The position numbers and the translations under genes were made by a program. A DNA stretch of 64,000 bases from Azolla caroliniana (lineage: Eukaryota > Plantae > Polypodiophyta), in assembly GCA_043228905.1 (NCBI GenBank), contig JBHGNT010000004.1, positions 10,540,001 through 10,604,000 on the forward strand, given 5' to 3'. Below the pieces are notes generated by a model, which saw nothing but the letters and a program-made list of their open reading frames with translations, searched no databases and was not told where the DNA came from. Positions 50,401 through 63,140 of the stretch are shown here, piece after piece. The stretch's first letter is position 1; each line of letters opens with the position of its first letter.

Positions 50401-51728
50401 TTGCACGGTACATTTGGAGGAGGGTCCCGAAAGCGATTGTCGTTATGCCGTCGATTGTTCCGCGAACCTCTGTAAGAGTTTCTTCTATCATTTCGTGAAT
50501 ACCGTTGATCATACCGGTCATCCCGGTCGTCGTCGTACCAGTCATACTCATCGTTTTCTATATATTGGTCATTACGGTATTGGTCACGGTGGTCGTCTGA
50601 TCTCTTGCGGTTGTCATGGCGGTAGCGGTAGTCGTCGCGGTGGTAGTCGTCGTCGTGGTGCTGACGATCCGAGGATCGTGGTCGCTCGTTCTCCCAATGT
50701 CGGTATGACTGTCGTTCATCCTACCGTGAGTATGTATTTTCAGGCTCGATCTAGCGAACCGGAGCCGTCGTTGTGCGGTTGAGCATGTTGTATTCGCATT
50801 GTTCGATCATGTGGGATCGGGACTGACAGATTGGACAATGTGGCCGGTGAGGGCACTCGAGAGCCAGATGGCCTGAGCCCGAGCAGGCTGTGCATTGGAA
50901 GCCTTGTCGGAAACAGTTATCCTCCTGAGGAATGGTGCTTTGCAAAGAGCCCATGGAAAAAGCCATATTATGTTGTGTCCGATCGGTGGTAAGGACGCGT
51001 GCGATGACTTGCTCGATTGTCTTGTTAGAAAAATTGGTAAGTACGAGAGTCGTCCGTAGAGGCTCCCGTAGGCTGAAAAGGAAGGTATCTGGAATGTGGT
51101 GAGCGGAGACATCGTCGGCCAGTTGTTAGTAGAGATCCTGAAACCAGATCGTGAACTGGGCGACCGTCTCGTGAGGTTCTTGGCTCCTGGAAAAGAACTG
51201 TCGGAGCAGTTCGCGCTTCAGAACTTCGAGGTGAAATAATTCTAGAAACTTTGTTCGGACATCTTGGAACGTTGTGACCTCCCCCAGGTTGAGGCGGGAA
51301 TACCATCGAGCAGTCGGGCCATCGACGGATAGAGCAAACTCCGCGATTTTGGAGGACTCGATTTCAGCAACCATTAACCGTTGCATCGAGTGGTTGGCCT
51401 GCCATGTGGACATGAAAGCACAGGTGTGCAATTCCGTGTCGGGGCCATCTGTATATCGTGGATAAGGGTAAGGCATGGTATCGAGATCCGGGTCCTCCGG
51501 TAAAGTCGGAAAAGGGTTAGGGTCAGGTTGGGTGACCTCTAGAGGGCTTGGCGGGGAGATCGGTGCGGAATCAACTCGCGATTGGGTATCGAGTGGCGAG
51601 GATTGCAACCGGTGAGCCTCCAACAGTTCCTGGAAAGAGTGGTCAGTGACCGCCGAGTCGGAAGTTCCTTCGACTGGCTCATGGCGTCGGGCTGGTGGCC
51701 GAGACCGCGTGATGCGATTGGGCATCAT
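47442..51728 (-). pseudogene. B gag-pol, heavily decayed, RT catalytic core deleted near 48740
   Basis: PYPYPRY Gag, CTACSGSGH, IIDGGSGVNVI, WLSPIIVVPKK..DGFPPF joined directly to LDKVQAI, then RNase H and integrase N-terminus. Degenerate PBS TAGCATGCCCGGT at 51782-51794. Confidence 0.9.
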
Positions 51729-51859
51729 AATGGTGGTTAAGGTTTGCCTCCTACGTAGTTCGCTGTGTCCTTACAGTTATAACCGGGCATGCTAAATTGT
51801 GTTAACCGTTTCTGGGGGAAACACCTTCGATCTTCGATGAGCCCATAGGCTATCGGTAT

Positions 51860-52241
51860 TGTTGAGAGACAAGCTCAACATCGCCCGGATCGGCTGAAGA
51901 AGCCGAGGACCAGATCGGTTGGGACCGATCGGTTAGGCCGTTAGGAAAGATATTCCGTGAGGAATATATTTGGGAGTTAGTGTAAGAGCTCTTAATTAGC
52001 ATTGAAGTACTGTCAGTACTTCAGTCAGTCCTCCTAGGACTTGTACAAAGTGTTCATTGAACACATATATGTTGGTTGTTGTTTTTTCCTTTAGAAATAT
52101 ATACACACATTTTTTGGTGTCCTCTCTCTCACTCTCTCGGTCTCTCCCGCGTATACTGTGTAAGCTCAAGCTCTCCATTAAACCTGAGTGTTCTTCCTTC
52201 TGTTCTATCTTTATACTTGCTTCCGCACGCTACTTTCTACA
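51860..52241 (+). mobile_element. Solo LTR (382 bp) inserted in the partial B LTR
   Basis: TGTTGAG...TCTACA termini; TSD GGTAT at 51855-51859 and 52242-52246; related to the LTR at 4692. Confidence 0.88.
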
Positions 52242-52325
52242 GGTATCAAGGGATCGTGTTACGCAAAAGCCTCTTCTACACCGAGAAGACATTATGGGAA
52301 CGAGGAACGTACACGGGCTACAACC

Positions 52326-52570
52326 TTGGTCCTGCGTCAAGCTTGATCGGGGATGGAGGTGGTGTAATATGATTCGGAATAGTGTTGTCTTGCTACGGTT
52401 CGAGAGGAGAACTATGAAAATCCAGATGTATGCGTAGTTGCGGAGGTAGATCGAGACGAAAAGCGACATCATTAATTTTTCCGATAATACGGAAAGGACC
52501 TAATCGTCGATAGTCCAATTTATTGCATGGGCGAGTAGTCTTGATGTGTCGTCGTAATAGCCATACTAGA
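52326..52570. repeat. Duplicate of 10252-10496 (left flank of B) embedded at the right end of B
   Basis: TTGGTCCT.CGTCAAGCTTGATCGGGG...GCCATACTAGA|TGTTAACC occurs at both sites. Confidence 0.92.
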
Positions 52571-53076
52571 TGTTAACCATTTCTGGGGGAAACACCTTCG
52601 ATGAGCCCACAGGCTATCGGTATCAAGGGATCGTGTTACGCGGAAGCCTCTTCTACACCGAGAAGACGTTATGGGAACAAGGAACGTACACGGGCTACAA
52701 CCCGTTAGACATAGACATAGCTCGGTTTACGAGTACGGGGAGAATACACAGATGAAGGAACAGTAAGAGCGAGATTTATATTAAATGAGACAGCTCACGG
52801 TGATTACAGTACACAACTCTCATCCAGAAACAGTTTGTGCAAAGTTCAGTGCTACGATATTAATCTTGCTAAAATAATATAGGTATCTCTCCCCTCGAGG
52901 TATGCAGATCTCGGTTTATATAGTTTTCTTCTTTAGACAGAGCCGAGCCATCGGCTGATTGTGAGGGCTAAAAACTCGACTTATTCTAGTTCTACCTATT
53001 TCCTCACCTACTTTTCTACCTACCAGCGAGTTTACATATTATGTATTTAAATTTCTGGCCTATGGACAACAATAGA

Positions 53077-54767
53077 TCTCTAGTGTTAAAACTAAATGGA
53101 CGCCGATGACGATCTGCGTAATCCTTCTGTGTTTGTTGAGCTTGTTGTAAATGGGTAGATAAGTCTGCCTGTATCTTGTGTAGCCGCTCCAAACAATCCT
53201 CTACACAAGGATTTGTGGGTAACTCTGGAGTTTCGAATACACACCACCGAGGATGATAGCCCGTATAAGCATAAAATGGTGTAACCCTAGTTTATGAGTG
53301 GACAGAGTTATTATATGCAAATTTGGAAAAGTGGAGAATATCTGCCCAATCATCTTGCTGATAGCTTAGAAAACACCGAAGATACTATTCAAATGTTTGA
53401 TTTGTTCGTTCTGCTTGTCCATCTGTTTGCGGGTGGTAGCCAGAGGAGAGGTTACAAGTGACCTTGAGCATTTTGAAGAGATAGATGCTTCCAGAATTTT
53501 GAGATGAATTGGGGTCACAGTCGCTGATGATCCTATCACGCATGACAATTTCAATAGTTTCTTCACTAGTGATTTCCTTAGTACAAGGCAAGGCAAAAAA
53601 TGTGCCATCTTCGTAGATTGATCTACTATTGTTAAGATCGCATCAAATCCCTTTGAAACTGTAAGATATGTGATCAAATCTAGAGAAATGGATTGCCACG
53701 GCTTGCTTGGAATTGGTAATGGTTCCAATAAACCATATGGATGATGTCTTGGCATCAGATTTGCTCTGCAACATGTATCACATGTCAGAACATAGTCTTT
53801 GACAAATCATCGCATATGAGCCCATCAGAATGATCGTTGTACTAAATCCAACGTTTTAGTACTACCGAAATGCCCCGTTGTATATGTGTCACGACAATTT
53901 TATACAACTCGAAGGTGACAAGAACCATTAGGAACATACAAGAGTTTCTTAAAGAATAGTCCATCATGACATTCGAATTGTCGATAGTCCGTACTTGGTT
54001 GTTGCGACTGTGAACAAGATGCCCAAGAAGGATCAATTTGTGCTAGAATGGCTTGAGCGAAAGCGTCTGTCTTCAAGTCTTCATGTATGGTATCGATAAT
54101 GTGGGAATCCAATGGTGTATTGAAAACCCATGTTGTTTGCAGTCGTGCCAGTCCCAAGATTACTTGCTTTTGATTATCGAATGTTGGCTCACCGGGGCAC
54201 AATGCTAGATACAAGCATCGTGATAATGCGTCTGCCTTCCCATGCTGCTTCCCAGGATGATATGTAATTTTGAAGTTGAAACAATTGAGGAATTGGGCCC
54301 ACCGAGCTTGACGTCGATTTAATTCACGAGCATTCTAGAAGTAGGCAAGATTTTTGTGATTACTGAATACGGTGACTTGATGAGAAGATCCCTCTAAAAA
54401 ATGCCACCATTGTGTAAAAGAGTCCATTATTGCTAATAGCTCCTTGTCATGTATTTCGTAGTTGATTTCAGCGGCGTCGAACTTGTGTGAGTGGAAAGCC
54501 ATAGGATGTAGCTTTTCATCATCGCCTTGTTGTGGCAGAATGCTACCCAAGGCGAAATCCGACGCGTCTGCCTCAATAATGAACGGTTTTTTCGGATCAC
54601 CATGAGCTAGAATAGGAGCTAATGTAAATGCTTTCTTAAGACTCACAAAAACCGTGTCCGCTTCTTTAGACCAAACAAACGACTGCCCCTTCTTGGTTGT
54701 ACATCTCGCAACGAACGTGGAGTCTGCCACTCTACCACAGTTTCACCTTATCTGGATCCATAGAGAT
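53077..54767 (-). pseudogene. Chromovirus X RT end, RNase H and integrase (Tcn1-like)
   Basis: ISMDPDKV, FIIEADASDFALG, NYEIHDKELLAI, PWQSISLDLI, YHPQTDGQAERTNQ, KDYADRHRR. Confidence 0.9.
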
Positions 54768-57700
54768 TGTTGGGAATCAACCGGCTACAACTAGTTACAA
54801 GTTCGCATTCGTGTGCAGAAAACCAAGAACTAGTACACAGACAGAAAAACGTAAAGACACAGAGACACCGATATTTTACGTGGAAAAGCCGAAATGGGAA
54901 AAACCACGGGGGTCCACAAACCCCAAGAAAACAAATCACTATAGTAGAGAGGAAGTACATATACGGAACTCGGAGGCAACGACCTCGAGTTCTCCTTCGT
55001 CTGACAGACGGCTACAGAGTTACACTCTTACTCTCTCACACACAGTTACAGAGGCAACTACCTCATTCTAACTTTACGATAATGATCAAATACTCTATCT
55101 ATAAAGTTTGCCCTAGTTGCTTATAAACCAAAGCAACTTTCTGGCTATTTACAAGTATAGCCCCCAAGGGGCATTTTAGACTATTTACAATTATAGTCTT
55201 CCGAATCGATTTCGATTTTCAATTTCGATTTCGGTTTCAGCCTTGGCCTATTGACCTCGGCCGAGATACTCATCAACACGGTACTTCTCTTCCCATCCGG
55301 AGGGACATGTTTCCCAACAAACTCCCCCTTCACTCCAGCATGGGGTACTTCACCAAACCGACTCTCTATCAGCACGTGTTTAGCTCTTCATTTGACAACA
55401 CCTTCATCAGCATATCCGATCCATTTTTGGCCGTGTGGATCTTCACTAGACCAAACTCCTTTTTTTCTACTCGCTCTCGGAGCCAATGATATCTTCTCTG
55501 GATGTGTTTGGTCCTCGAGTGGTAGGTGACATTTTTCGCAAGGTGGATGACACTCTGGTTATCTCAATGGAGTTGGAATTCCTCCTGCCAAATTCCCATC
55601 TCACCGATAAACTCCTTCATCCATATGATTTCCTTCCCGGCTTCCGCTACAGCAATATATTCGGCCTCCATGGTCGACAGCGCCACGACCTTCTGCAGCC
55701 TCGATTGCCACGAAACAATTCCCCCTGCATAAGTCATTACATACCCGGACGTGGATCGGTTGGTATCCACATCAGCCGACATGTGTGAGTTAGTATAAAC
55801 TTTCAGTGTGGGGTTAACTGAACCGAAACGAAGGCACACACCTGAGGTACCTTTTAGGTACCGAAATATCCACTTCACGGCAACCCAATGCTCTCTTCCA
55901 GGGGTACTCATGTATTGGCTAACCACGCCGACTACGTATCCTATATCCAACCTGGTACATACCATCGCATACATCAGGCTTCCTACCGCCGAGGCATAAG
56001 GAACTTTTGACATCTCGGCCTTCTCGGTTTTCGATTTCGGACATTGTTCTTTGCTTAGCTTAGAGTTTTTCGGCAGTGTCGAGTCGACCGGTTTCACGCT
56101 TTCCAGGTCGAATCTCTGGAGCACCTTTGTCACGTATTTTTCTTGCGACAGCCACAACAACTTCTTTGTTCGATCCCGAACAACGTTGTCGTGAAGATCC
56201 GTCACTACGCGCGGATTGTGAGGCGGAACCGCCGGGGTCTTGGACCGGAAGGATTCGAAGTTTGTACTAGTTTAGCGAAAAAGTATTTAAGATAGATTGG
56301 GAGAGATTGAGATTAATATGAGATTTAAACGCTTGACTTTAGGTTGAAAGAGATTGATATGGCGAGAGAGAGATAGAGAGTGAGAGAAAAGATCAAACTT
56401 TTAACTTTAGATTTGCGAGAGAAGATATATCAATAATAGGGTTACAAGTTTCTTATTTGATCATCCAAAAATTTTACATTAGTCCTTTCATCTTTTTCCT
56501 CCCCTCTTTTATAGATGCCCTCATGCATTTGAGGGTACAAGACATGCATAAAATGCATGTTTGCCATTTGGCACTCATGTATTACATGTGGTGCATGATA
56601 ACCATGTCACTCATTTTAGCTCTCATGCATGAGAATTTACATGTAAAGTTACAATGATAAAAATATAATTTTAAGAAAATGTGTTGGTTTAGTGGTAAGC
56701 CTATTGACTCTCAATTTGAAGGTGCAAGGTTCAAATCCTTATTTTCCCTCCTTGTGTATATGTATAAATATTTATTTATTTATTTATCCCTCTAACTGTT
56801 GGTCGCAGGTTGCCGGATGCCAGTTACCGTTCCGTCACCGGAGGTCGGTTACCATTCGGTCGCCGATCGCCGGATGCCAAATGTCGGTTACCATCCGGTT
56901 CCGTTTTGGTTGGCCAAAACCTTTGCAAGTAGCCAAGCCACACCCATTCATTCAATAGCTCAGTTCAAGTCACCTTGAACTCTCTATGCTCCACACATAG
57001 ACACAAAGATAATAGCTTTTGCTCTACCTTATATATAGTGAGATCCTTATTTCCTATCTATGTGGGATATCTCATAATTTTATTTTTTTCTCTTTGTCTT
57101 TGCAAACTTCCTACCCACATAAGTTCACACTTAGATGTTTGTTTCTTATGTAGTAAAGTGCATCCGAAAGCTCTTCAAGACCTCCATCTTTTTGTAGTTT
57201 TATGTGATTTTCACACCATTGCCGAAAATCTTCACGACATCCACCCCCACCAAACCGCACATCCTCTAGAACGTGCCAAGAAGAGAGAGTGTGAGATTTC
57301 GGCTACGGTGATCAATCAGATTCCTCCACATCCTCATTCACATCCATCGTAGTATCTTCATCGTCGAGGTGATCGAGGTCAGGATCCTCGTCTTGTCTTT
57401 TCTTGAAAACCTTTACTCTTTGTCCCGCAATGGGTATGGCCAACCTTGATCCATCTAGCTCCGCAAGGTGGTATGTGGCATTATCGTTGGCACTTATCAC
57501 CACATACGGTCCGAACCATCTTCTTGCGAACTTTTGTGTTGTACTGTGTTGATTGTCAAGGCTGCTAGCTAGACCAACACCACGAATCGTGAAGATCCGT
57601 CACTACGTGCGGATCACGAGGTGGAACCGTCGGGGTTCTGGACCGGAAGGACTCGGAGTTTGCACTAGCTTTAGCGAGAAAGTATTTAAGATAGATTGAG

Positions 57701-59342
57701 AGAGAGAGAGAGAGAGCTTGAGATAGAATAGAACGCTTGACTTTAGATTGAGAGAGATTAAGATTGAACTCTTGATTTTAGATTTTAAGAACAAGATTAA
57801 TACATCAATTGGATAACGAATTTTCTTCTTAATATTAATTTTGATATAAAGTACAAAGCTCTTGATAAAATTCCCCTTTTGCTTGATTCCTCCACTCTTT
57901 TATAGATGCCCCCATGCGTATGGTGCATGTGAGGGTAAAAGACATGCACGGAATGCATGAAATGCATGCAATGCATGCTTGCCATGTCATCATCTAAGCT
58001 CTCACACATGAGAATTTCCATGTAAAGCTATAATGATAAAAATATAATCCCTAAAGAAATGGTTTAGCTTAATGGTAAGCCTATTGCGTCCTATCTTGGA
58101 GGTGTTAAGTTCGAGTCTTGCTTACATCTTTTTCTTTTATGCGTTTATGCACAAAATACTATTAGGCTTTTGGACCAAATATCTTTAAGACACCATGCAC
58201 CGCGATCAACCGACTCGACCGATCCGTCCTATTTGCATCTGTTTGGTCCGGCCTAGTCCGCATCCCGATCTGGTTCGGTCCGCATCCTGAGTCGCTTACC
58301 GGTCGCCAGTTCCGTCGCCCGATTCCGTCGGCTCGCCGACTCCGTCGTCGGTTGCCACCAGCTCACCGGCTCTGTCGTCGGTGTTCACCGGCCCACCGGT
58401 GACATCATCGGTTCCATCGTCGAATGATGCTGGATACCGCCGGTTACCGTCCCCGGTTACCGCCAATTACCATCAGTCGCCGAATGTCGTCCTCGAATCG
58501 TCGGTTGTCGGATCCATCCGGTCACCGATTGCCGGCTCCATCCGGTTTCCGGTTCTGTCATCAGCCGGTTTGAGTTTCTTCACCAACCAGTTCAAGCACT
58601 TAGCCACATATGTCCATTGAGACAAAAGTGGCTCAAGTCCAACTATTTCTTATGTGCTCTTATCACATAGATGAATTATGATGGATCTCAATCTGCTTAT
58701 ATAGTTGGGGGCCTAAACTTTTCCTATCTATGTGGGATATTTCATAATTTTACTTTTCTCTTTTCCTTTGCAAACTTCCTACCCACATAACTTGAGACTT
58801 AGATGTCTGTTTCTTATGTAGTAAGGTGCATTCGAAAGCTCTTGCAGACCTCCATCTTTTTGTACTAAGATATTAAACATATTTAAAATAGTATTTTCAC
58901 TATTTATTGGTTTATATGATTCATACTCGATTTCGTATGTTTTATGCGATTTTCACACCATTGCCGAAAATCTTCACGACAACGTGCATCCCCAAGATTT
59001 TCTTTGTCGGACCCATATCCTTTATCGAGAATAATCGGCTCAAGGCCATATTCAACACTCGGATCTTCGTATGGTCCCGTCCGACAATCAACATGTCATC
59101 CACATACAACAAGAGGATGAGGAAATCTCTGCCATTGAATTTCTTCACAAATACGTATTGATTGGCCTACGTTTTGTGGTACCCGTTGTCGATCATGAAG
59201 GATTCAAATTTTCGGTACCATTGTCAAGGTGCTTGCTTCAGCTAGTACAAGCTCTTCCTTAGTTGGCATACCAGGTTCTCTTTACCTTTCTCCACAAATC
59301 CTTCCGACTGGTGCATATAGATCTCCTCTTCGAGATCACCGT
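54768..59342 (-). mobile_element. Ty1/Copia 3' part: LTR 54768-55319, PPT, RNase H and RT; interrupted by F and cut by G
   Basis: TGTTGGGAA...TTCCCAACA termini; PPT AAGGGGGAGTT; DLEEEIYMHQSEGF, LLLYVDDMLI, VPYASAVGSLMYAM, VALSTMEAEY. Confidence 0.92.
56187..58981 (-). mobile_element. Element F: internally deleted Gypsy with two divergent LTRs (56187-57239 and 57587-58981)
   Basis: TGTCGTGAAGA...TCTTCACGACA termini; TSD ACGT; PPT GGTTTGGTGGGGGTGGA; integrase tail RRWFGPYVVISANDNATYHLAELDG. Confidence 0.85.
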
Positions 59343-60905
59343 TGTCGTAGCGTAAATCGCACACTATGAGAAAATTGCATTTTTGGTCCCTCCGGATGGG
59401 ACATGGAGACCCGGCAAGAACCGGATGAAGAGTACCTAGTGAGAACCGGATGAAGCAGACTGGCAAGACCCGGATGAAGAAGGCCGATGAGAGTCGGTGA
59501 GAAATGGACGAAGAGGACCCAGTGAGAACCGGATAAAGAAGACCCGATGAGAACTAGATAAAGAGACATATTTGCAAATAAGAGAGAATATTAAAAATAT
59601 TGTTACATGCATAGGACAAGATTCGAACCTTGTACCTCCATGTACATAATGTGAAGCTTTACCATTACACTAACATATCATTAGTGTTAAAAAAGTAGAT
59701 GTCCCACATACAAAGATAAGTGCACGCTAGGATAAACTTTAGTTAGAAGAAAACGCATGATAAAAGAAAAAGCTACACTTGCACATCTAGCGTGCATGAA
59801 CACTATAGTCGATAAAAACACATCAAGTTAGAAAAAGCATGTTAGATAAAGCATATAGTCTATTGATAGAAAAAGCATGAAGTTGATAATTACAGAAAAA
59901 GCATGGAGTGCTAAGACTCTCTAATCACTATATAAGGATGGGGAGCACAATGTAATAGGGGGTGTGAAATATTTGGAAATTGGATATATTTCTAAAAAAA
60001 ACACCAATTAATTATATTCGTGGGATTCACGAAATAAACTATACCCATGGGATTCACGAGGTTTCTATATTCTTCTCTTTCTATCTACATTCATATTATT
60101 ATCTTAATATTGATTAATCTAAGACAATACACTCGTGGGATTCACGAGGTTTCTATATCTCTTTAATACAACCTATTTATATTCTAATTAGTCTCAAATT
60201 CTTCCTCCTCCTAATCCAAAACCCCGACGGTTCCCGCCTGACTCACGCAACGATCCGGCGCCGAAAGGCACGACACAAGTGGTGAACCCGCGTCTTGACA
60301 TCCAGTTGTTCGACTTCGAGGTCCATGTTGGCCGTGATGTGGTACAGACACGGTATTTACCTGACATGTCACAAGAACTTGGTCAGCAAGTAGAGGAACA
60401 ACTGAAAGAAGCCGAAAAGACAGTGGAAGACGCGACTGCTAAAGCCACCACAGTTGAACAAAGGGTCAAAAAATTAGAAGACCGCATATAGCTAGTTAAA
60501 ACCAAAATAAGTAAATGGTTAGACGTTAAGGGTGATGCCATCCAACGGTTAAAGCGGAGGTTGGCACAACAGCAGGACGAAACCAAACAACATGAAGAAA
60601 AAGTACAAGAGCTGGAGGAGTATATTCGAATACAGGAGGACTACTTCGTGGAGCAGATAACCGAGACAGAACTCCAAACATTTGACATAAGGGAGGCGCA
60701 TGAAAAAGAAAAAGAATGTCTCAATTTGGTGAATGTTGATTTAACAAGAATTTGCACCAAATTAGAAGTAAAATATGAGAAAAAACGACTAGAGTTGCTG
60801 GTAGCAGAGACTAAATTGATAACAAAACAAGTCTCGGCCGAAGCATGCATAACTAAACTACGTAAGGAACTAGCCACGACACATTACCCTCCGGCTAACT
60901 TGTGA
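59343..60905 (+). mobile_element. Element G: 5' LTR (59343-60275), tRNA-Trp-like PBS and start of a coiled-coil ORF
   Basis: TGTCGT...ACGACA termini; TATA CTATATAAG at about 59928; TGGTGAACCCG at 60280; coiled-coil frames at about 60366-60905; GAACCGGATGAAG repeats at 59405-59560. Confidence 0.75.
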
Positions 60906-61098
60906 TCTCAACCGATCGTCCCGGTCCTTTTGTTGTCGGTTTTCTTCCATGAGCTGCTCAATTTCTGTCTTTGCCATTCTCCCAGAGTTTATCTTTTTCT
61001 TGCAGCAGATTCTCTTTCTCCTCCTTTTGCCAGTCACTATTGTTCTATATCTTTTGGAGACTGTCTTCTACGTTTCTCTTCCTCGACGGTCTTCAGTA

Positions 61099-61157
<59 letters not shown>

Positions 61158-62790
61158 GTGCCGCTTGTGCGACCAAGTCTTCCTTGAGCGCTTCGATTTC
61201 TTTATTCCAATTGCACTCTTTCTCCGATGTTGTACTAGCCACAGGTTATGCTTCTTTCACTAGAGCCACTTCCTGTGTTATTTCCCGTTCTACCAGTTTC
61301 GTCTTTGTGTTGGTGTTGTGGCCCATATTTGCCATAGTGGTCGTTAATTCCTTGGCCCTTGCCAACTCTTCTTCCAAAATCCGGATCTAATTCTGGGCCT
61401 TCTCCAATTCCTCGGTTACAACCAACAACCTTTCCATCCGGGTGGGTCCACTTCTCCATACTTGTTGTTCCGCTTCCACTCGGTCAACCACTTCGGTAAC
61501 CTACTTTCCCAACCATTCCAGCCATTGTCGATCGGTTCCGTGTTGATTAAGTGCAGCGAAGTGATGTACTACCTCCGGCATTACTTCATGCTCCTTCCCC
61601 AAGCTCTGCGTGGTCGGCTCTTCCATCTCCCATTCCGGTATTAGCCTGTGTGCCTCATGTTGTTGCGTTAAACTTGGCTGCTCCGTTCCTTGTGTCTCCC
61701 GTGCCAGTGCAACCACTTTTGTTCTCTCTATTATTGGCGCCTCCGGCCCTGGCTCCACCACCGTTGAGCGGGTGGTCGGTAAATTGTCCCTTCTCGGACC
61801 GGAACCTTCCCCATGCTGCTCCTGGCGACGTCTTCTAGGAGGTATTTGGAGATGCTTTTCCACTTCGTCCAATGCCTCGTTGTTCGCGGTCTGCTAGTGA
61901 GCCACCTTAGGCAGTTCCGACTACTCCCTTTCTTGCCTTCAGAGCTTTATTGTGATGGGCTTTGCTAGCCTTGTCGAGTCCTCTCTGTTAGGCTCTGAAA
62001 CTAGTTATACTTGTCGGGATGCCTCTCCTTCCCATCTGGGGGTATTACGTGCCAGTAGTTGCTACCGTTTCGAAGGTTGTTTCCGCATTGTTTCACCCTT
62101 GCCCTTTTCTTTGGTTTTATGGCGCTTGTTGATGGCGCCAACACTGTCAGCCATTGTGCCACTCTGGTCCATGCCTTTTTACTATCTACCTTTGTTGTGA
62201 TTGTCGTCCGGAGTGAGTTAACGACGATCAATGGCAGTTCACCTTTAAGCCTTCAAATGATGCTATGATAAATCTGGCCTTGTTCTTTGGCATGGAGAGC
62301 GGCTAGGTATGGACAAATCAATAATCCAACAAGACTCTAGCCATCTCCTGGAACAAGGGATTCTCGCCACCCTATGTCCGATATGCCTTGATAGCGATCG
62401 AGAATTCCCCGAAATAGTCTGTCAGTATTTCAGTCGAGGGTTTTTCAATCGAGTGCAGGCCTCCGGATGGTAACTTAATCGCTAGGGAGGGGGAGAGAGA
62501 AAGACAGGGAGGCGGCTTGTATAATACATAATGGATCATAATGGATCGTCTGAGAGAGAGAGAGGGAGGGAGGGAGGTTTCCAAACCGGTTCCCAAGCCA
62601 GTTTAGGGATCGGTTTGGTTTGGTTAGGTTCAGGTTTGAGAACCCCAAAATGGTTTAGGCTTTTAACCGTTTTGGCTTGGATAAGGCCAAACTAGCTAAG
62701 CCTAAACCGAATCGTTGCCGATACCTAGTGAGGGTCACAACCGCGAACTTTCTTGGTGGGGATTGCGTTGGTTTCTCGCTAACGCTACCG
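60906..62790 (-). pseudogene. Extra-ORF fragment from a fourth B/C/D-related family
   Basis: LPSGGLHSIEKPSTEILTDYFGEFSIAIKAYRT..FQEMARVL..MPKNKARFII, VAQWLTVLAP, QWLEWLGK. Confidence 0.8.
61101..61155. repeat. (TC)n microsatellite
   Basis: Uninterrupted TC dinucleotide run. Confidence 0.95.
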
Positions 62791-62874
62791 TTTGTGTCGT
62801 GTTTTGGGTCAACCTCAAGTATTTTCCCTCTCATGATAGAAGAAGTCAAGTCGACCGCTTCACCTGCACTTCTT

Positions 62875-63089
62875 CGCCCGTTGGTGTTCCAATTCCCAAT
62901 GAGAACCGCACATGGTCACTCACGCCCGTTGGTGTTCCAATCTCCAGTGAGGACTGCACATGGTCACTCATGCCCATTGGTGTTCCAATTCCCAATGAGG
63001 ACCGCACATGGTCGGTCATGTCCATTGGTATTCGTGTTTCCGTTGAGGACCACACATGGTCGCTCACGCCGGTCGGTGCTCCAATTCCC
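62875..63089. repeat. 48-bp tandem repeat, about 4.5 copies, upstream of a PPT
   Basis: Unit CGCCCGTTGGTGTTCCAATTCCCAATGAGAACCGCACATGGTCACTCA. Confidence 0.9.
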
Positions 63090-63140
63090 GTTCACCCCTA
63101 CATCACGCTTTCGAAAAGGCGGTCGTAAAGGAGAGGATAA

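Larger units (their letters stand above)
10497..53071 (-). mobile_element. Element B: non-chromovirus Ty3/Gypsy (Phygy/Athila-like) hosting C, D, C2 and a solo LTR
   Basis: 501-bp LTRs at 10497-10997 and 52571-53071, plus a partial LTR at 51800-52325. TSD CTAGA/ATAGA (1 mismatch); removing the element restores the TRDLVWL frame of the host integrase. Confidence 0.9.

Noticed and set aside
51855-52246. The same TSD GGTAT for the solo LTR and element A, suggesting target specificity
   Set aside because: The families are unrelated, only two events are involved and other TSDs differ, so chance is sufficient.
56681-56750. Functional tRNA gene
   Set aside because: A/B boxes are present, but I could not fold a convincing acceptor and anticodon stem, so it is reported as tRNA-like only.
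62875-63089. CRISPR-like array, or a 16-aa repeat protein (ORF 62677-63156)
   Set aside because: The units are contiguous with no unique spacers and no cas genes; the ORF spans unrelated element pieces.
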